A stretch of 64,000 bases of DNA from Bacteroidia bacterium (GTDB lineage: Bacteria; Bacteroidota; Bacteroidia; Bacteroidales; VadinHA17). Position 1 is the stretch's first letter. Each line of letters begins with the position of its first letter. Location: assembly GCA_026391215.1 (NCBI GenBank), contig JAPLDX010000056.1, positions 96,001 through 160,000 of the forward strand, read 5' to 3'. The notes under the pieces are model-generated. The model had not been told where the DNA came from and did no database searches. It saw only the letters and a program-made list of their open reading frames with translations. The translations under genes and the position numbers were made by a program. Positions 1-9,349 of the stretch are shown in pieces.

Positions 1-845
1 GAGGACATGCCTGATACAATTGAGGATATGTTTTCGTTCTGAAGCACCCATTTAAGGGCAGTATCAGAATTCAGCGGATTTACCTGGTTTTTATTGCGGA
101 ACGCTCCTGCTGTAGTTTTCATTGCCACTATGCCCACTCCTGCTTTTGCTGCATAGGCAAGAGCTTCGTTCATCGATTCTTTATTCTCGGTCTTGTAATT
201 ATAACCAATCATCGCCACATCATAAACTTTACTATCGGCAGCTGCGTGGAGAGCTTCTTCAATGCCTCCATGAGATGCAATACCCAGGAATTTTGTTTTA
301 CCCTGTTTCTTAAGGTCCTGTAAAGCTTTCAGGAGGGATTCATTCAACATTACATCCCTCTTCCCGGCATACGGGAGCAAAAATATATCAACATAGTCAA
401 GTCCGAAACGACCCAGGCTGGCTGTAGCCTTCCTTACATATGCCTCTGCATTAAACTGTGCCGGCAGATTACCTGTTCGTGTATCCATCTCATCGGGAGG
501 TGCAGCTGTTCCAATAAAGAATGAATCTCTTGGCAAACCTTTCAATCCTTCGCCAACAAGTATTTCATTATTCCCCTCTCCATAATAAGTAGCAGAGAAG
601 AAAAGCTTCAGACCAGCATAATATGCCGACTTCACAAAAGCAGGAGTGTTTGCTGATCCCGTTCCCATGCTGATAAGGGGAGTTTTTATCCCTGTTCTCC
701 CTAGCACACGGACAGGAAGTTCCGGAATCTTATCCTGTTCTTCATTTCCACGTACTGAAGCTTTAAGAGATCCGGGGATCAGTGCCATACCTGATAAACC
801 AAGCATGCTCTTTTTTAGGAATTCACGACGCTGACTATTTTTCAT
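1..845 (-). CDS. Tat-signal aldo/keto reductase family protein (3' end runs off window)
   Basis: Hand translation from ATG at 845: MKNSQRREFLKKSMLG (twin-Arg), RVLGRTGIKTPLISMG, SLGRFGLDYVDIFLL, LKKQGKTKFLGIASH. Absent from ORF track because truncated. Confidence 0.85.
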   Translation of the reverse strand, partial: MKNSQRREFLKKSMLGLSGMALIPGSLKASVRGNEEQDKIPELPVRVLGRTGIKTPLISMGTGSANTPAFVKSAYYAGLKLFFSATYYGEGNNEILVGEGLKGLPRDSFFIGTAAPPDEMDTRTGNLPAQFNAEAYVRKATASLGRFGLDYVDIFLLPYAGKRDVMLNESLLKALQDLKKQGKTKFLGIASHGGIEEALHAAADSKVYDVAMIGYNYKTENKESMNEALAYAAKAGVGIVAMKTTAGAFRNKNQVNPLNSDTALKWVLQNENISSIVSGMS

Positions 846-900
846 TGGTTTTGATTTATTGATATTCAATACTTATTATATGACAAAAATACATTCTATT

Positions 901-2625
901 TTATTCCAGCCTCTCAAAAAGCTGTTTAGCTGTTTCAACAGGGATCTCTTTTTTACCGAGCCATGCTCCAACTTTTGCATCATTGTAACCGTTTCTTATT
1001 AAAAGATCGGCATACTCTTCGGCACTTTCAAAGGTGATGAAAGTACCCATCAGGTAGATCATAGTATTATCAGGGAGTGTTACAATTTCAAGGCCCCTTG
1101 TTCCTGCCAGCTTGTTTATGCCTTCAAGGACATCATCTTTCAAGGGTTTTAAGGATCTTACCACTTCTACCCTGAATGTCAGTGTCGGCGGAAGAGTGTC
1201 AGCAGAAGCAATCCCGGCTTCCTTTATCCGGATCAATGTTTTCTTCCCCCACTCCTTTTCAAGAGCTGCAGCTTTTTCTGCTGATACTGTTTTGCCTCCA
1301 TAGAGCGCCGCAACAAAAGCATCCTTGAATCCTTTTTTCCTGACTGTTACCAGTGCCTTATTTGCATCAGCCAGTTTCCTGAACATTCCTGCATAATATA
1401 CTTTCAGATCTTTACCTGCTACTTTAAATCCATAAACCGGGGAGATGCCTTTAAAATATGAAGAGATCACAGGATTACGGAATACTGCCACCTGTATCCG
1501 GTATATAAGTCCGGGAGGCACTTCAGGATCCATTGAAATCTTTTCATCAGAGACGCCGGCTTTAACTTCAAAAACTGAATAAACCTCAACTGGCCTGGGC
1601 CCGGCGGGAGTTTTAGCAATAGTCTTAGCAACTGAGTCTGCAAGAGGCTGAATCTCAGTTGGTTTGATAATGACTTCCTGGTTAATAGTGTCCCTGGTGA
1701 TTATTAAAGTATCCTTTACTGTATCAGCCTTTTTATCAACTATCAGAGTATCAGAGAGCTTACCTTTATTGGTTGTTGAATCTGTTGCTGCAGGGACAGT
1801 TATAAGTCCTGCAGTGAAAGGTTTTTTGTTCATTGCTGCCTGTGCTTCACTGTATTTACTGTCAGCCTGTTCCTGGAAAGAAGCTGCAAGACTTTCAGTT
1901 TCAGTAATTGCTGTCTTCACTTTTGTACGTTCTGCATAACTTCCTTTTTCCAGTCCTTTTTTCTGATCTTCAGCAATTTTGTAGAGTGAATCGGCTTTAT
2001 ACTGCAGTTCAAGAGCATCAGACAACAACTTCTCATAATCTATTGAGACAGTATCACTTACAAGGGGCGCCTTCACACGATCTTCATCAGTAGGAATGAT
2101 CTTCTTTTCCGCCTGCTGTGCTACCTGCACTGCCAGGCGGCCTTCTTTTCTTTCACATTGCTGGATGAATTCAGGAATACCCAGATCTCTGGAAGCCTTT
2201 TTACCATTGAGGTCACTAAAGGAACTATAAGATATTATCGCTTCGTTATACTTACCTGACAAGTGCTGTGCCCTCCCCAGCCAGAACATTGCATCTGCAG
2301 GGATTGTCCTGACAACGGCAGAACCCTGTTGTGCCTGTTTAAGGAGTGTCACAGCTTTTTCCGGTTCACGGTTCAGCTTAATAAGGCATACACCTGAGTA
2401 ATACTTATAAATAGGATCTTTCGGGTATGCTATCAGAAGCTCACTGAAATCGCTGGAGGCCTTTTCATAATCACCATTTGAAAATGCCTCGAGAGAAGAT
2501 TGTCTCGAAGGCTTACCTGCTTCCTGTGAAAGGATATCTGCTGATGAAAATAGAAAAGCCAGAGTCATCAGTAAACAGATGATATGACATCGTGCAATAA
2601 GGCCGGATATTATACGTGAATCCAC
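901..2625 (-). CDS. Secreted TPR + SPOR-like domain protein
   Basis: Signal peptide, TPR-like N-terminus (YYSGVCLIKL, FWLGRAQHLSGKY), C-terminal YRIQVAVF...GFKDAFV and a second SPOR-like repeat. Confidence 0.7.
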   Translation of the reverse strand: MDSRIISGLIARCHIICLLMTLAFLFSSADILSQEAGKPSRQSSLEAFSNGDYEKASSDFSELLIAYPKDPIYKYYSGVCLIKLNREPEKAVTLLKQAQQGSAVVRTIPADAMFWLGRAQHLSGKYNEAIISYSSFSDLNGKKASRDLGIPEFIQQCERKEGRLAVQVAQQAEKKIIPTDEDRVKAPLVSDTVSIDYEKLLSDALELQYKADSLYKIAEDQKKGLEKGSYAERTKVKTAITETESLAASFQEQADSKYSEAQAAMNKKPFTAGLITVPAATDSTTNKGKLSDTLIVDKKADTVKDTLIITRDTINQEVIIKPTEIQPLADSVAKTIAKTPAGPRPVEVYSVFEVKAGVSDEKISMDPEVPPGLIYRIQVAVFRNPVISSYFKGISPVYGFKVAGKDLKVYYAGMFRKLADANKALVTVRKKGFKDAFVAALYGGKTVSAEKAAALEKEWGKKTLIRIKEAGIASADTLPPTLTFRVEVVRSLKPLKDDVLEGINKLAGTRGLEIVTLPDNTMIYLMGTFITFESAEEYADLLIRNGYNDAKVGAWLGKKEIPVETAKQLFERLE

Positions 2626-2724
2626 AAATAGTTAATTTTCAGATTATTATGAGATAGCTTAAAATATTGTTACAACTGTTTTTGTTAATAATTAAAAATC
2701 TGTTTTTATTCTGAAAACAATTCA

Positions 2725-2747
2725 AACTTCGTAAATTTATTTATAAT
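2725..2747 (+). repeat. Left copy of 23-bp imperfect direct repeat bounding AT-rich island
   Basis: aacttcgtaaatttatttataat; 20/23 identical to 9504..9526. Confidence 0.6.
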
Positions 2748-2772
2748 CTAAAAGAGGAAAAACCTTATCTTT

Positions 2773-3861
2773 TTAATTTATCAGAACACTATTCACCATT
2801 TTACTGTGGCATTTCAATACCCGACTTTTTTCAATATCTCTAAGGCATATGCCATTGCCTAAGCAATATTTATAATTTTTACAGCTTGCGCATTGATTTG
2901 TTTTTGTCCAGTCTCTATTTCTAAACGGCTGATATTTAGTAGTCCACACGTCTATCAAACTCTCTTGAAGTATGTTTCCTTGAATCAATTTTCTATTGAT
3001 ATTTGGACAAGCAGAGATAGAACCGTCATGTAATATTGATGCAATATTTATTCCTGCCCTGCAAAAATAGAATTCATCTCTCACCACTCCTTCATAGTTC
3101 TCTAAAAATCCGTCACAACCATAGTTTATGTTTATTCCCTTTCGTTTTTTCGCATTCTTAATAAACTCTAATGTTTGGATTAATTCTTTTCCATTAATAT
3201 TCAATTCTTTATGTTTGCTTGCTCTCCCAATCGGGTCAATTGTAAATAACCTCCAATTCTTCACATTTAAGCCAATAAGCAAGTCATAAATTTTATCGAG
3301 TTCACCAATATTTCTTAATGTAACGCAGGTTGCAACATCAAATGTAATATTCTCATATTTTGAAACTAAACTTATCGCCTTAACGGTTCTATCGAAACTC
3401 AGCGCATTATTTCTAAGCCAATTGTGACTATCCTTTAGTCCGTCTAAGCTAATTGTTAGTGAAGTTAATCCACTTTCGATTAAATTAGTTAATCGTTCAT
3501 TATCCAAAAGAAAACCATTTGTTACTAATCCCCACTTATAGCCTAATTTCGAAATTTCTGAGCCGAAAATCTCAATGTCTTTGCGAATCAATGGTTCTCC
3601 ACCTGTAATTACAACATGAGGTAGTTTATTACCAACCAGCTTTTTAATTCTAGCTAATTCAATTACTATTAGCTGATAAGGTAAATCATTTGAGTTTTCA
3701 ATACCGCAATTACTTCCACAATGCAAACAACTGAAATTACATTTCAGGGTGCACTCCCAGAACAAATATTTTAAATCATGTAGTTGAGTTTGAGATTTTC
3801 TAAATGACTGGAATAGCCTTAAACTCAGCTTTTTTTGCAAATTCATTTTATTTTGCACCAT
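2773..3861 (-). CDS. Radical SAM/SPASM enzyme, rSAM/lipoprotein system (TIGR04133-like)
   Basis: LFWECTLKCNFSCLHCGS (CxxxCxxC), TGGEPL, SPASM cysteines CRAG..ISACP..CASCKNYKYCLGNGIC; TAATG-coupled to upstream lipoprotein. Confidence 0.85.
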   Translation of the reverse strand: MVQNKMNLQKKLSLRLFQSFRKSQTQLHDLKYLFWECTLKCNFSCLHCGSNCGIENSNDLPYQLIVIELARIKKLVGNKLPHVVITGGEPLIRKDIEIFGSEISKLGYKWGLVTNGFLLDNERLTNLIESGLTSLTISLDGLKDSHNWLRNNALSFDRTVKAISLVSKYENITFDVATCVTLRNIGELDKIYDLLIGLNVKNWRLFTIDPIGRASKHKELNINGKELIQTLEFIKNAKKRKGININYGCDGFLENYEGVVRDEFYFCRAGINIASILHDGSISACPNINRKLIQGNILQESLIDVWTTKYQPFRNRDWTKTNQCASCKNYKYCLGNGICLRDIEKSRVLKCHSKMVNSVLIN

Positions 3862-4259
3862 TACTTCGGATTTAAGACAAAATCGCAGTTCTCTAACTCG
3901 TTCGGAAGTAATTCCACTGTTTTAGTCGAATTCTGAAATTCACCATTATCAGCACCGTCAATATCTTTTGCTTCAACTGTGTATTGTTGTGGTTCTAAGT
4001 ACTCAACAACATAGTTACCAGTATTATCTGTTTTAATGGTTCTTGAATTTTCTTTTATTGAAATTTCGATATCCTTAATTGCCTCGCCCGAACCTGAAGA
4101 TGTTACTTTACCTTTTATAGTTCCTGTAATATCTGCAATATCACCATATTTGCAACACATGGTCAATAAAGAAATGCTACCAAATCCAAATGCAAAACCT
4201 GCATTTTTTAAAATTTTCCGCAGCAGATAGTCTTTTACTCTAATTTTTTGGTTCTTCAT
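3861..4259 (-). CDS. Radical SAM-associated putative lipoprotein (TIGR04134-like)
   Basis: Basic leader, hydrophobic stretch, CCKYG, then IKGKVTS..GEAIKDIEI and DIDGADNGEF, typical of this beta-sandwich family. Confidence 0.75.
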   Translation of the reverse strand: MKNQKIRVKDYLLRKILKNAGFAFGFGSISLLTMCCKYGDIADITGTIKGKVTSSGSGEAIKDIEISIKENSRTIKTDNTGNYVVEYLEPQQYTVEAKDIDGADNGEFQNSTKTVELLPNELENCDFVLNPK

Positions 4260-4362
4260 AAATCATTCAATTTTTAATGATACACAAGGTACTTGTATAC
4301 ATAATTTGGGGGTAAAGAGTTACTTTCTTGCATCAATATTTGTTCGAATATAATCATACTTT

Positions 4363-5481
4363 CTAATCTATCTTTTTAATTGTATAGAACTCAGAAAAGT
4401 TAATGCTATATCCTAAATCCCTTTGAGGAAAGAATATCAATCCCATATGCAAAGATTCAATCAAATCTGATTTACTCCAACTTTCTCCACCATCTTTAGT
4501 TTCATAGCAAATGCTGCCTTTAAATGTTGGAAAATCACCGCCCTCATAAACCGCAACATTTTCAATATTAAATCCTTCATTTTCATCATAAAAATGCAAT
4601 GTTCCAAAATTTGTAAATGGAAAATCAGTTTTAATCCAGTTTAAACCACCGTCAACCGTTTTGTACACAGCCGTTATGCCATCAATAAATCCAATATTCT
4701 CGCTGTAGAAGTATATGTGATTAACATCATGGTATGCTTCAATGGGTGTGCTTATTGTTTCCCAATTATAACCATAATCTAAACTTTTAAATATTTTTTG
4801 GTTTTCGCCGGCAATAAAAATTATATTATCGACATAAAATAATTTATCATCGGAAGGTCTGATTGGTAAATAAATCAAATTCCAGTGTATTCCCCCATCT
4901 GAAGTAAGCGCGATATGTTCATTCTTTGAATACGGATAATTTGGAGTTTTAATAAGTGCAACACCATTTAAAGTATTAAAGAATTTTAATGATAATATTC
5001 GTGAATAATCAGGGAAAAATGTCTTTGTCCAAGTTTCTCCGCCATCGGTAGTTTTCAATAATACAGAGCCTTTGTCACAATCTGCATCCAAACAACCCCC
5101 CATTGCCTGACTTGATGCAAATCCGACATTTTCATCAAGAAAAAATACGGAATGCAAGTGTAATGTAGTTCCAGAATTCAGTTCATGCCATGTTTTCCCT
5201 GAGTCTACTGTTTTAAGTATATCTCCATTATATCCAACGACAAAACCAACACTTGAATTTAAGAAAAATATGTCCCGTGGATTTATGTCAAAACCGTAAA
5301 TCGATTTTGAAATCACCAAATCATTTACAATAATGGTATCCCCATTAATAGAAACATAAACAGACTTGTCTTCATGGTTAATAGGTTCTTTAGTACAATC
5401 GAATAATATTGTTGCAGATAAAAGAATCGCAATGTTTAATTTAAGAATAGTAAATACTATATCAAAAGTTGGTCGATGCAT
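4363..5481 (-). CDS. YCF48/BNR-repeat beta-propeller lipoprotein
   Basis: Repeated KTxDGGxTW Asp-boxes; signal ending LFDC-TKE. Confidence 0.8.
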   Translation of the reverse strand: MHRPTFDIVFTILKLNIAILLSATILFDCTKEPINHEDKSVYVSINGDTIIVNDLVISKSIYGFDINPRDIFFLNSSVGFVVGYNGDILKTVDSGKTWHELNSGTTLHLHSVFFLDENVGFASSQAMGGCLDADCDKGSVLLKTTDGGETWTKTFFPDYSRILSLKFFNTLNGVALIKTPNYPYSKNEHIALTSDGGIHWNLIYLPIRPSDDKLFYVDNIIFIAGENQKIFKSLDYGYNWETISTPIEAYHDVNHIYFYSENIGFIDGITAVYKTVDGGLNWIKTDFPFTNFGTLHFYDENEGFNIENVAVYEGGDFPTFKGSICYETKDGGESWSKSDLIESLHMGLIFFPQRDLGYSINFSEFYTIKKID

Positions 5482-5497
5482 TTTTTTGTATTTTCAT

Positions 5498-5950
5498 TTA
5501 TTTCATTTGTTTTCCAAGATAAGTTCCATCTGGCTGCTTTACTTTTATGGTGAAGTTTTCGGGTAAAGAATCTCTATTACATAGAATTTTACGATTCAGA
5601 TACACCATAATATCTGGACAAATAGTGGCATTGACCTGAACATTTTTCCACGCTTCAATGATTACATCCCGATTTTGTCTGGAAATATTAAAGCGACTGA
5701 AACTTGAGCATCCATTGGAACTGATTGTTCCCCAAAAATTAATCTCGAACAATCCATTATATAGTAGTGTTTCGGGTGTTTCAGGGTAGCTAATTGTAAG
5801 ACTATCAACTTTTATCAGGTATTCTTTATAGATTGATTCTTTGATTGATTCTTTTGTACAGGATGTAAAGGATGTAATTAGTCCTGAGACAAATAATAGC
5901 TTAGCAGTAAATAGAAAATTATACTTACAAAAATTACATTTTGGTTTCAT
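5498..5950 (-). CDS. Hypothetical lipoprotein
   Basis: Hydrophobic signal ending FTSC-TKES; Cys pair NGC...TICP. Confidence 0.7.
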   Translation of the reverse strand: MKPKCNFCKYNFLFTAKLLFVSGLITSFTSCTKESIKESIYKEYLIKVDSLTISYPETPETLLYNGLFEINFWGTISSNGCSSFSRFNISRQNRDVIIEAWKNVQVNATICPDIMVYLNRKILCNRDSLPENFTIKVKQPDGTYLGKQMK

Positions 5951-6075
5951 ATTCTTTTGATTGTAGCTGATGTTTATTTACTTATCATATTTACATTTTC
6001 GAGGAACTTTTTGTTTTTTGCATTGAATCCTTTGCCAAAACATAATCAATAATCAGGAGTATGATAATAGATTAA

Positions 6076-6456
6076 TTAATATTTCAATTTGCCACTACTT
6101 AGAGAAACTACTAAAGTGTCGTTGTCTTTATAAGCCATAACTTTAGTGTTTACTTCAAATTCTCCGCTTGGGACAGAGGTTACCCTAAAAGAAATTACTA
6201 AATCTTTATTAAAATTCTTTTTTGAATCCAATTCAACATTTGCATCAAACATCACACCGTCTCCATAAGTTCTGACAGTCACTTTATTGCCATTTGTAGA
6301 ACCCTCTAATTTCAGGTTTACCATTCCTCCAGCATTACCTAATCTAGTGAGATACCATTGAGAATTTGTAATGTTAAGTGTAGCAGGACTATTATTTTCT
6401 TTTTCAGAACAAGAAGCAAATACAATAATTGCCAAAAGAAATACTATATTTTTCAA
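6076..6456 (-). CDS. Hypothetical lipoprotein
   Basis: MKNIVFLLAIIVFASC-SEKE lipobox, TTG start. Confidence 0.7.
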   Translation of the reverse strand: MKNIVFLLAIIVFASCSEKENNSPATLNITNSQWYLTRLGNAGGMVNLKLEGSTNGNKVTVRTYGDGVMFDANVELDSKKNFNKDLVISFRVTSVPSGEFEVNTKVMAYKDNDTLVVSLSSGKLKY

Positions 6457-6526
6457 AATTTATGTATTATTTAATAATACAATTATCATAATCGAGAATC
6501 CAATTTTTTTCATTGTATTACCAACG

Positions 6527-7594
6527 TTATCTTTTCTTTAATGTATATATCTTATAATTACTTATACAGTAAGCAAAATCATTTGTTACAAAATTAATTG
6601 TACCAAATCCAAATCTTTTTAATAAATCAGACTTTGTCCAGTTTCTCCCGCCATCTGCTGTAGTATAAACGTATGTTCCAATAAAAGAAGGGAAATCGCC
6701 ACCTATATATGCGGAAGTATCAACAATCCAAATTCCGTATTTATAATTACAAAAATGGAAATCCTCAAAAGGCTGTGATGGAGTTGAAAAGAACTTGAAT
6801 GGAAATTTAATTTCTTGCCATGTATTTCCACCGTCAGTAGTTTTGAACTTTTTATCTACACAATCCACAAAACCAGTTTTTTCATCAATAAAATAGAATC
6901 CACGAATGAAATTTGCTGGTGTTTTTGGTATATTTATTGTACTCCAAGAAAAACCCTTATAAGTACTTTTATAAATTCTTTGATTCGTTCCTGTTGCATA
7001 ACTTAATCCCCCCAAATAAAACAACCCTTTAAATGATTGGTTTAACTCCAGGTTATTATCAGCCCACCAACTTTCTCCACCATCGGAAGTTCTCATAAGA
7101 TGTGCACCTGAATTATCATAATTTATTGCAGTGGCATATAGAGAATCAAAAAATTTCATCGAATACAATCTATATGCAGTAGTGTAATGTCGTTTTGTCC
7201 AATGCTTACCACCATCAACTGTTTTATACAAAGTGCCATAGTAATCGCCATTAAGGACATTCCCAATTCCATATATAAATCCAGTAGAATCATTTATAAA
7301 TGATAAGGTAGTTGTCGTTACTCCTAATGAATCTTTTTCAATATCTGATTGTTCCCATGACCTTGCATAATCTGTAGTTTTTAGCAGATAACCATTTGAG
7401 CCAATAATATATCCGGTTTTTGAATCAATAAAATCAACATCTTCAGGATATAACCATCTATAATTAAAATCAATTGAGTCTAATTGCCATCCTTTAATTA
7501 TATCATTGGGAAAATCGTATTCATCCTTTATACAATTTGAAAGAGTAGTAGTTATGAAAGTAATAATTAACAAGAAATAGATTCTGTATTTCAT
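6527..7594 (-). CDS. YCF48/BNR-repeat beta-propeller lipoprotein (paralog of 4363..5481)
   Basis: ATG 7594 overlaps upstream stop (TAATG); MKYRIYFLLIITFITTTLSNC-IKDE; multiple TxDGGxxW repeats. Confidence 0.8.
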   Translation of the reverse strand: MKYRIYFLLIITFITTTLSNCIKDEYDFPNDIIKGWQLDSIDFNYRWLYPEDVDFIDSKTGYIIGSNGYLLKTTDYARSWEQSDIEKDSLGVTTTTLSFINDSTGFIYGIGNVLNGDYYGTLYKTVDGGKHWTKRHYTTAYRLYSMKFFDSLYATAINYDNSGAHLMRTSDGGESWWADNNLELNQSFKGLFYLGGLSYATGTNQRIYKSTYKGFSWSTINIPKTPANFIRGFYFIDEKTGFVDCVDKKFKTTDGGNTWQEIKFPFKFFSTPSQPFEDFHFCNYKYGIWIVDTSAYIGGDFPSFIGTYVYTTADGGRNWTKSDLLKRFGFGTINFVTNDFAYCISNYKIYTLKKR

Positions 7595-8013
7595 TATTTG
7601 ATTTTCCTGAATGTAAGGCATGATTTTTTAGTATCAATGTATTTGCAGAACTTGCCAATATTAATTGTCAAATTTGGTTCGTCAAACTTGAAATGGTAAG
7701 TTCCTCCTTCCCTTGAACTCGATAACCCACTTATTACCGAAATACTATCTTCAGTAATTTTGTACCAATAAGCATCACTACCTATCTTTGGTAGCCAATA
7801 GCCATTGGTCATCGCAAAACCTCTGGATAGACAAAAGTAGCCTGATATACTGTCTGAATGAAAACTAATTGTATCAGTTTTAGTACTTGTTTCGACCCAT
7901 GTGCCCGTTAGTCCCTTCGGAAGTGTGCCTGGGTCTGGGAAATCATCTTTCTTTTCACAGTTTGTTAGAAAGCAGACGAAGATAAGGAGAACAATGAATT
8001 TTACGTGTTCCAT
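7594..8013 (-). CDS. Hypothetical lipoprotein
   Basis: Likely start ATG 8013: MEHVKFIVLLIFVCFLTNC-EKKDD; LTGTWVE lipocalin-like start. Confidence 0.7.
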   Translation of the reverse strand: MEHVKFIVLLIFVCFLTNCEKKDDFPDPGTLPKGLTGTWVETSTKTDTISFHSDSISGYFCLSRGFAMTNGYWLPKIGSDAYWYKITEDSISVISGLSSSREGGTYHFKFDEPNLTINIGKFCKYIDTKKSCLTFRKIK

Positions 8014-8044
8014 TTGTTTGCTGCTTAAGGTGTAATAAAACTTA

Positions 8045-8881
8045 TTATTGGTAATATTCATATCTGCAACAATACCATTCTCCATACTTGGTCGGATGAT
8101 ATCCTATGTATTCAATAACATTCCCATCTTTATACGTTGTTTTATCGGAAATAAAATCTCCATACGGACCGTCATAGTATGATTCAACAATTACTTTATC
8201 ATCTGATTCAGAATAAGTAAACGTTATTTCAACTAAAATTGACCAATTTCGGTCATATTCAATAGTCGTTATAATGTTTGAACCTTCATAAGTATAAATT
8301 GTATAAATACCTTCAGGATTTTCAATCTTTTTTATTTTGTTTTTATTTGAATCATATTCATAAATAATGCTCCACTCTGTACTATTTTCGAAACTATAAT
8401 CATATTCAGACATTAAAAGATTATTCGCAAAAGAATATATAATACTATCTGTCAATTCATTTTTGATATATCTTTTTTCGACTATTTTATTCCCCACATA
8501 ACTATATTTATATATATAGATTAAACTAAAATCAGATTCAGTCTGGTCAGAATAATTTTGCCCTTCCATTGCATAAAATTTCTTATTTAATAAAACTCCT
8601 TTATCAGAGTATTCATATGTATATGAAGCATAAACAGGATTAGGATAGTTCGAAAGTAATTTCCTCTTTAAATTCCAGTCTTCATCATATGAATAAGAAA
8701 TAAAACTATATGGTATAGTATCAGAAGAAGATGAATAATTGTACTGGGTCTTTATTTTACCAATACTGTGTACATTATATTCGTCCTCCGGAATAATGTT
8801 GTTGTTCTCAGGAAGAAGGTTGTCTTTCTCACAGGAATAAAAAATAAGAGAAAAGATAAATATCAATGCTATCTTTCTCAC
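8045..8881 (-). CDS. Lipoprotein with YD-like beta-hairpin repeats
   Basis: MRKIALIFIFSLIFYSC-EKDN; recurring YSYD/YEYD/YTYE motifs. Confidence 0.7.
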   Translation of the reverse strand: MRKIALIFIFSLIFYSCEKDNLLPENNNIIPEDEYNVHSIGKIKTQYNYSSSSDTIPYSFISYSYDEDWNLKRKLLSNYPNPVYASYTYEYSDKGVLLNKKFYAMEGQNYSDQTESDFSLIYIYKYSYVGNKIVEKRYIKNELTDSIIYSFANNLLMSEYDYSFENSTEWSIIYEYDSNKNKIKKIENPEGIYTIYTYEGSNIITTIEYDRNWSILVEITFTYSESDDKVIVESYYDGPYGDFISDKTTYKDGNVIEYIGYHPTKYGEWYCCRYEYYQ

Positions 8882-9341
8882 GATATTAGCTTTAGGTCAT
8901 AAATATCACTGCAAAAATTAAGCCAGTTTTTACTTCTAAAATTCGAACATTATAGCCTGAAAGTCAATAAATACCGCTTTCTCTTTTCTTAATTTGATAT
9001 TTGAAGACATCCAAATAAGAAATGAACCATTATTTGTATTTTCTTATTAATAGTTTTACCTTAACGCGTCTGAAAATACAAAACCAATGCTGTTTATAAC
9101 ATGATGATTTTTAATAAATTTAATTTTATAACAATTAGAGTTTGTCATTATACTTGAAAGTACATATGAATATACCCGCTTACTGCTTGGTTTTATTTCC
9201 AATTGGCGCATATACTGACTAATATAATAATCAATGTTGAAAGTGCTGCTAATTAGTCTGCTGAAAACACCGCATCACGTGGTATATTATAACTTTCACC
9301 CTTACCCGTATTAGTTACATAGTAGCGTAAATAAGTTTTCT

Positions 9342-9349
9342 TATCTTTG
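9342..9349 (+). promoter_or_regulatory. Possible Bacteroidota -7 promoter element upstream of bcp-recA
   Basis: TATCTTTG matches TAnnTTTG, ~200 bp upstream of bcp. Confidence 0.35.
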
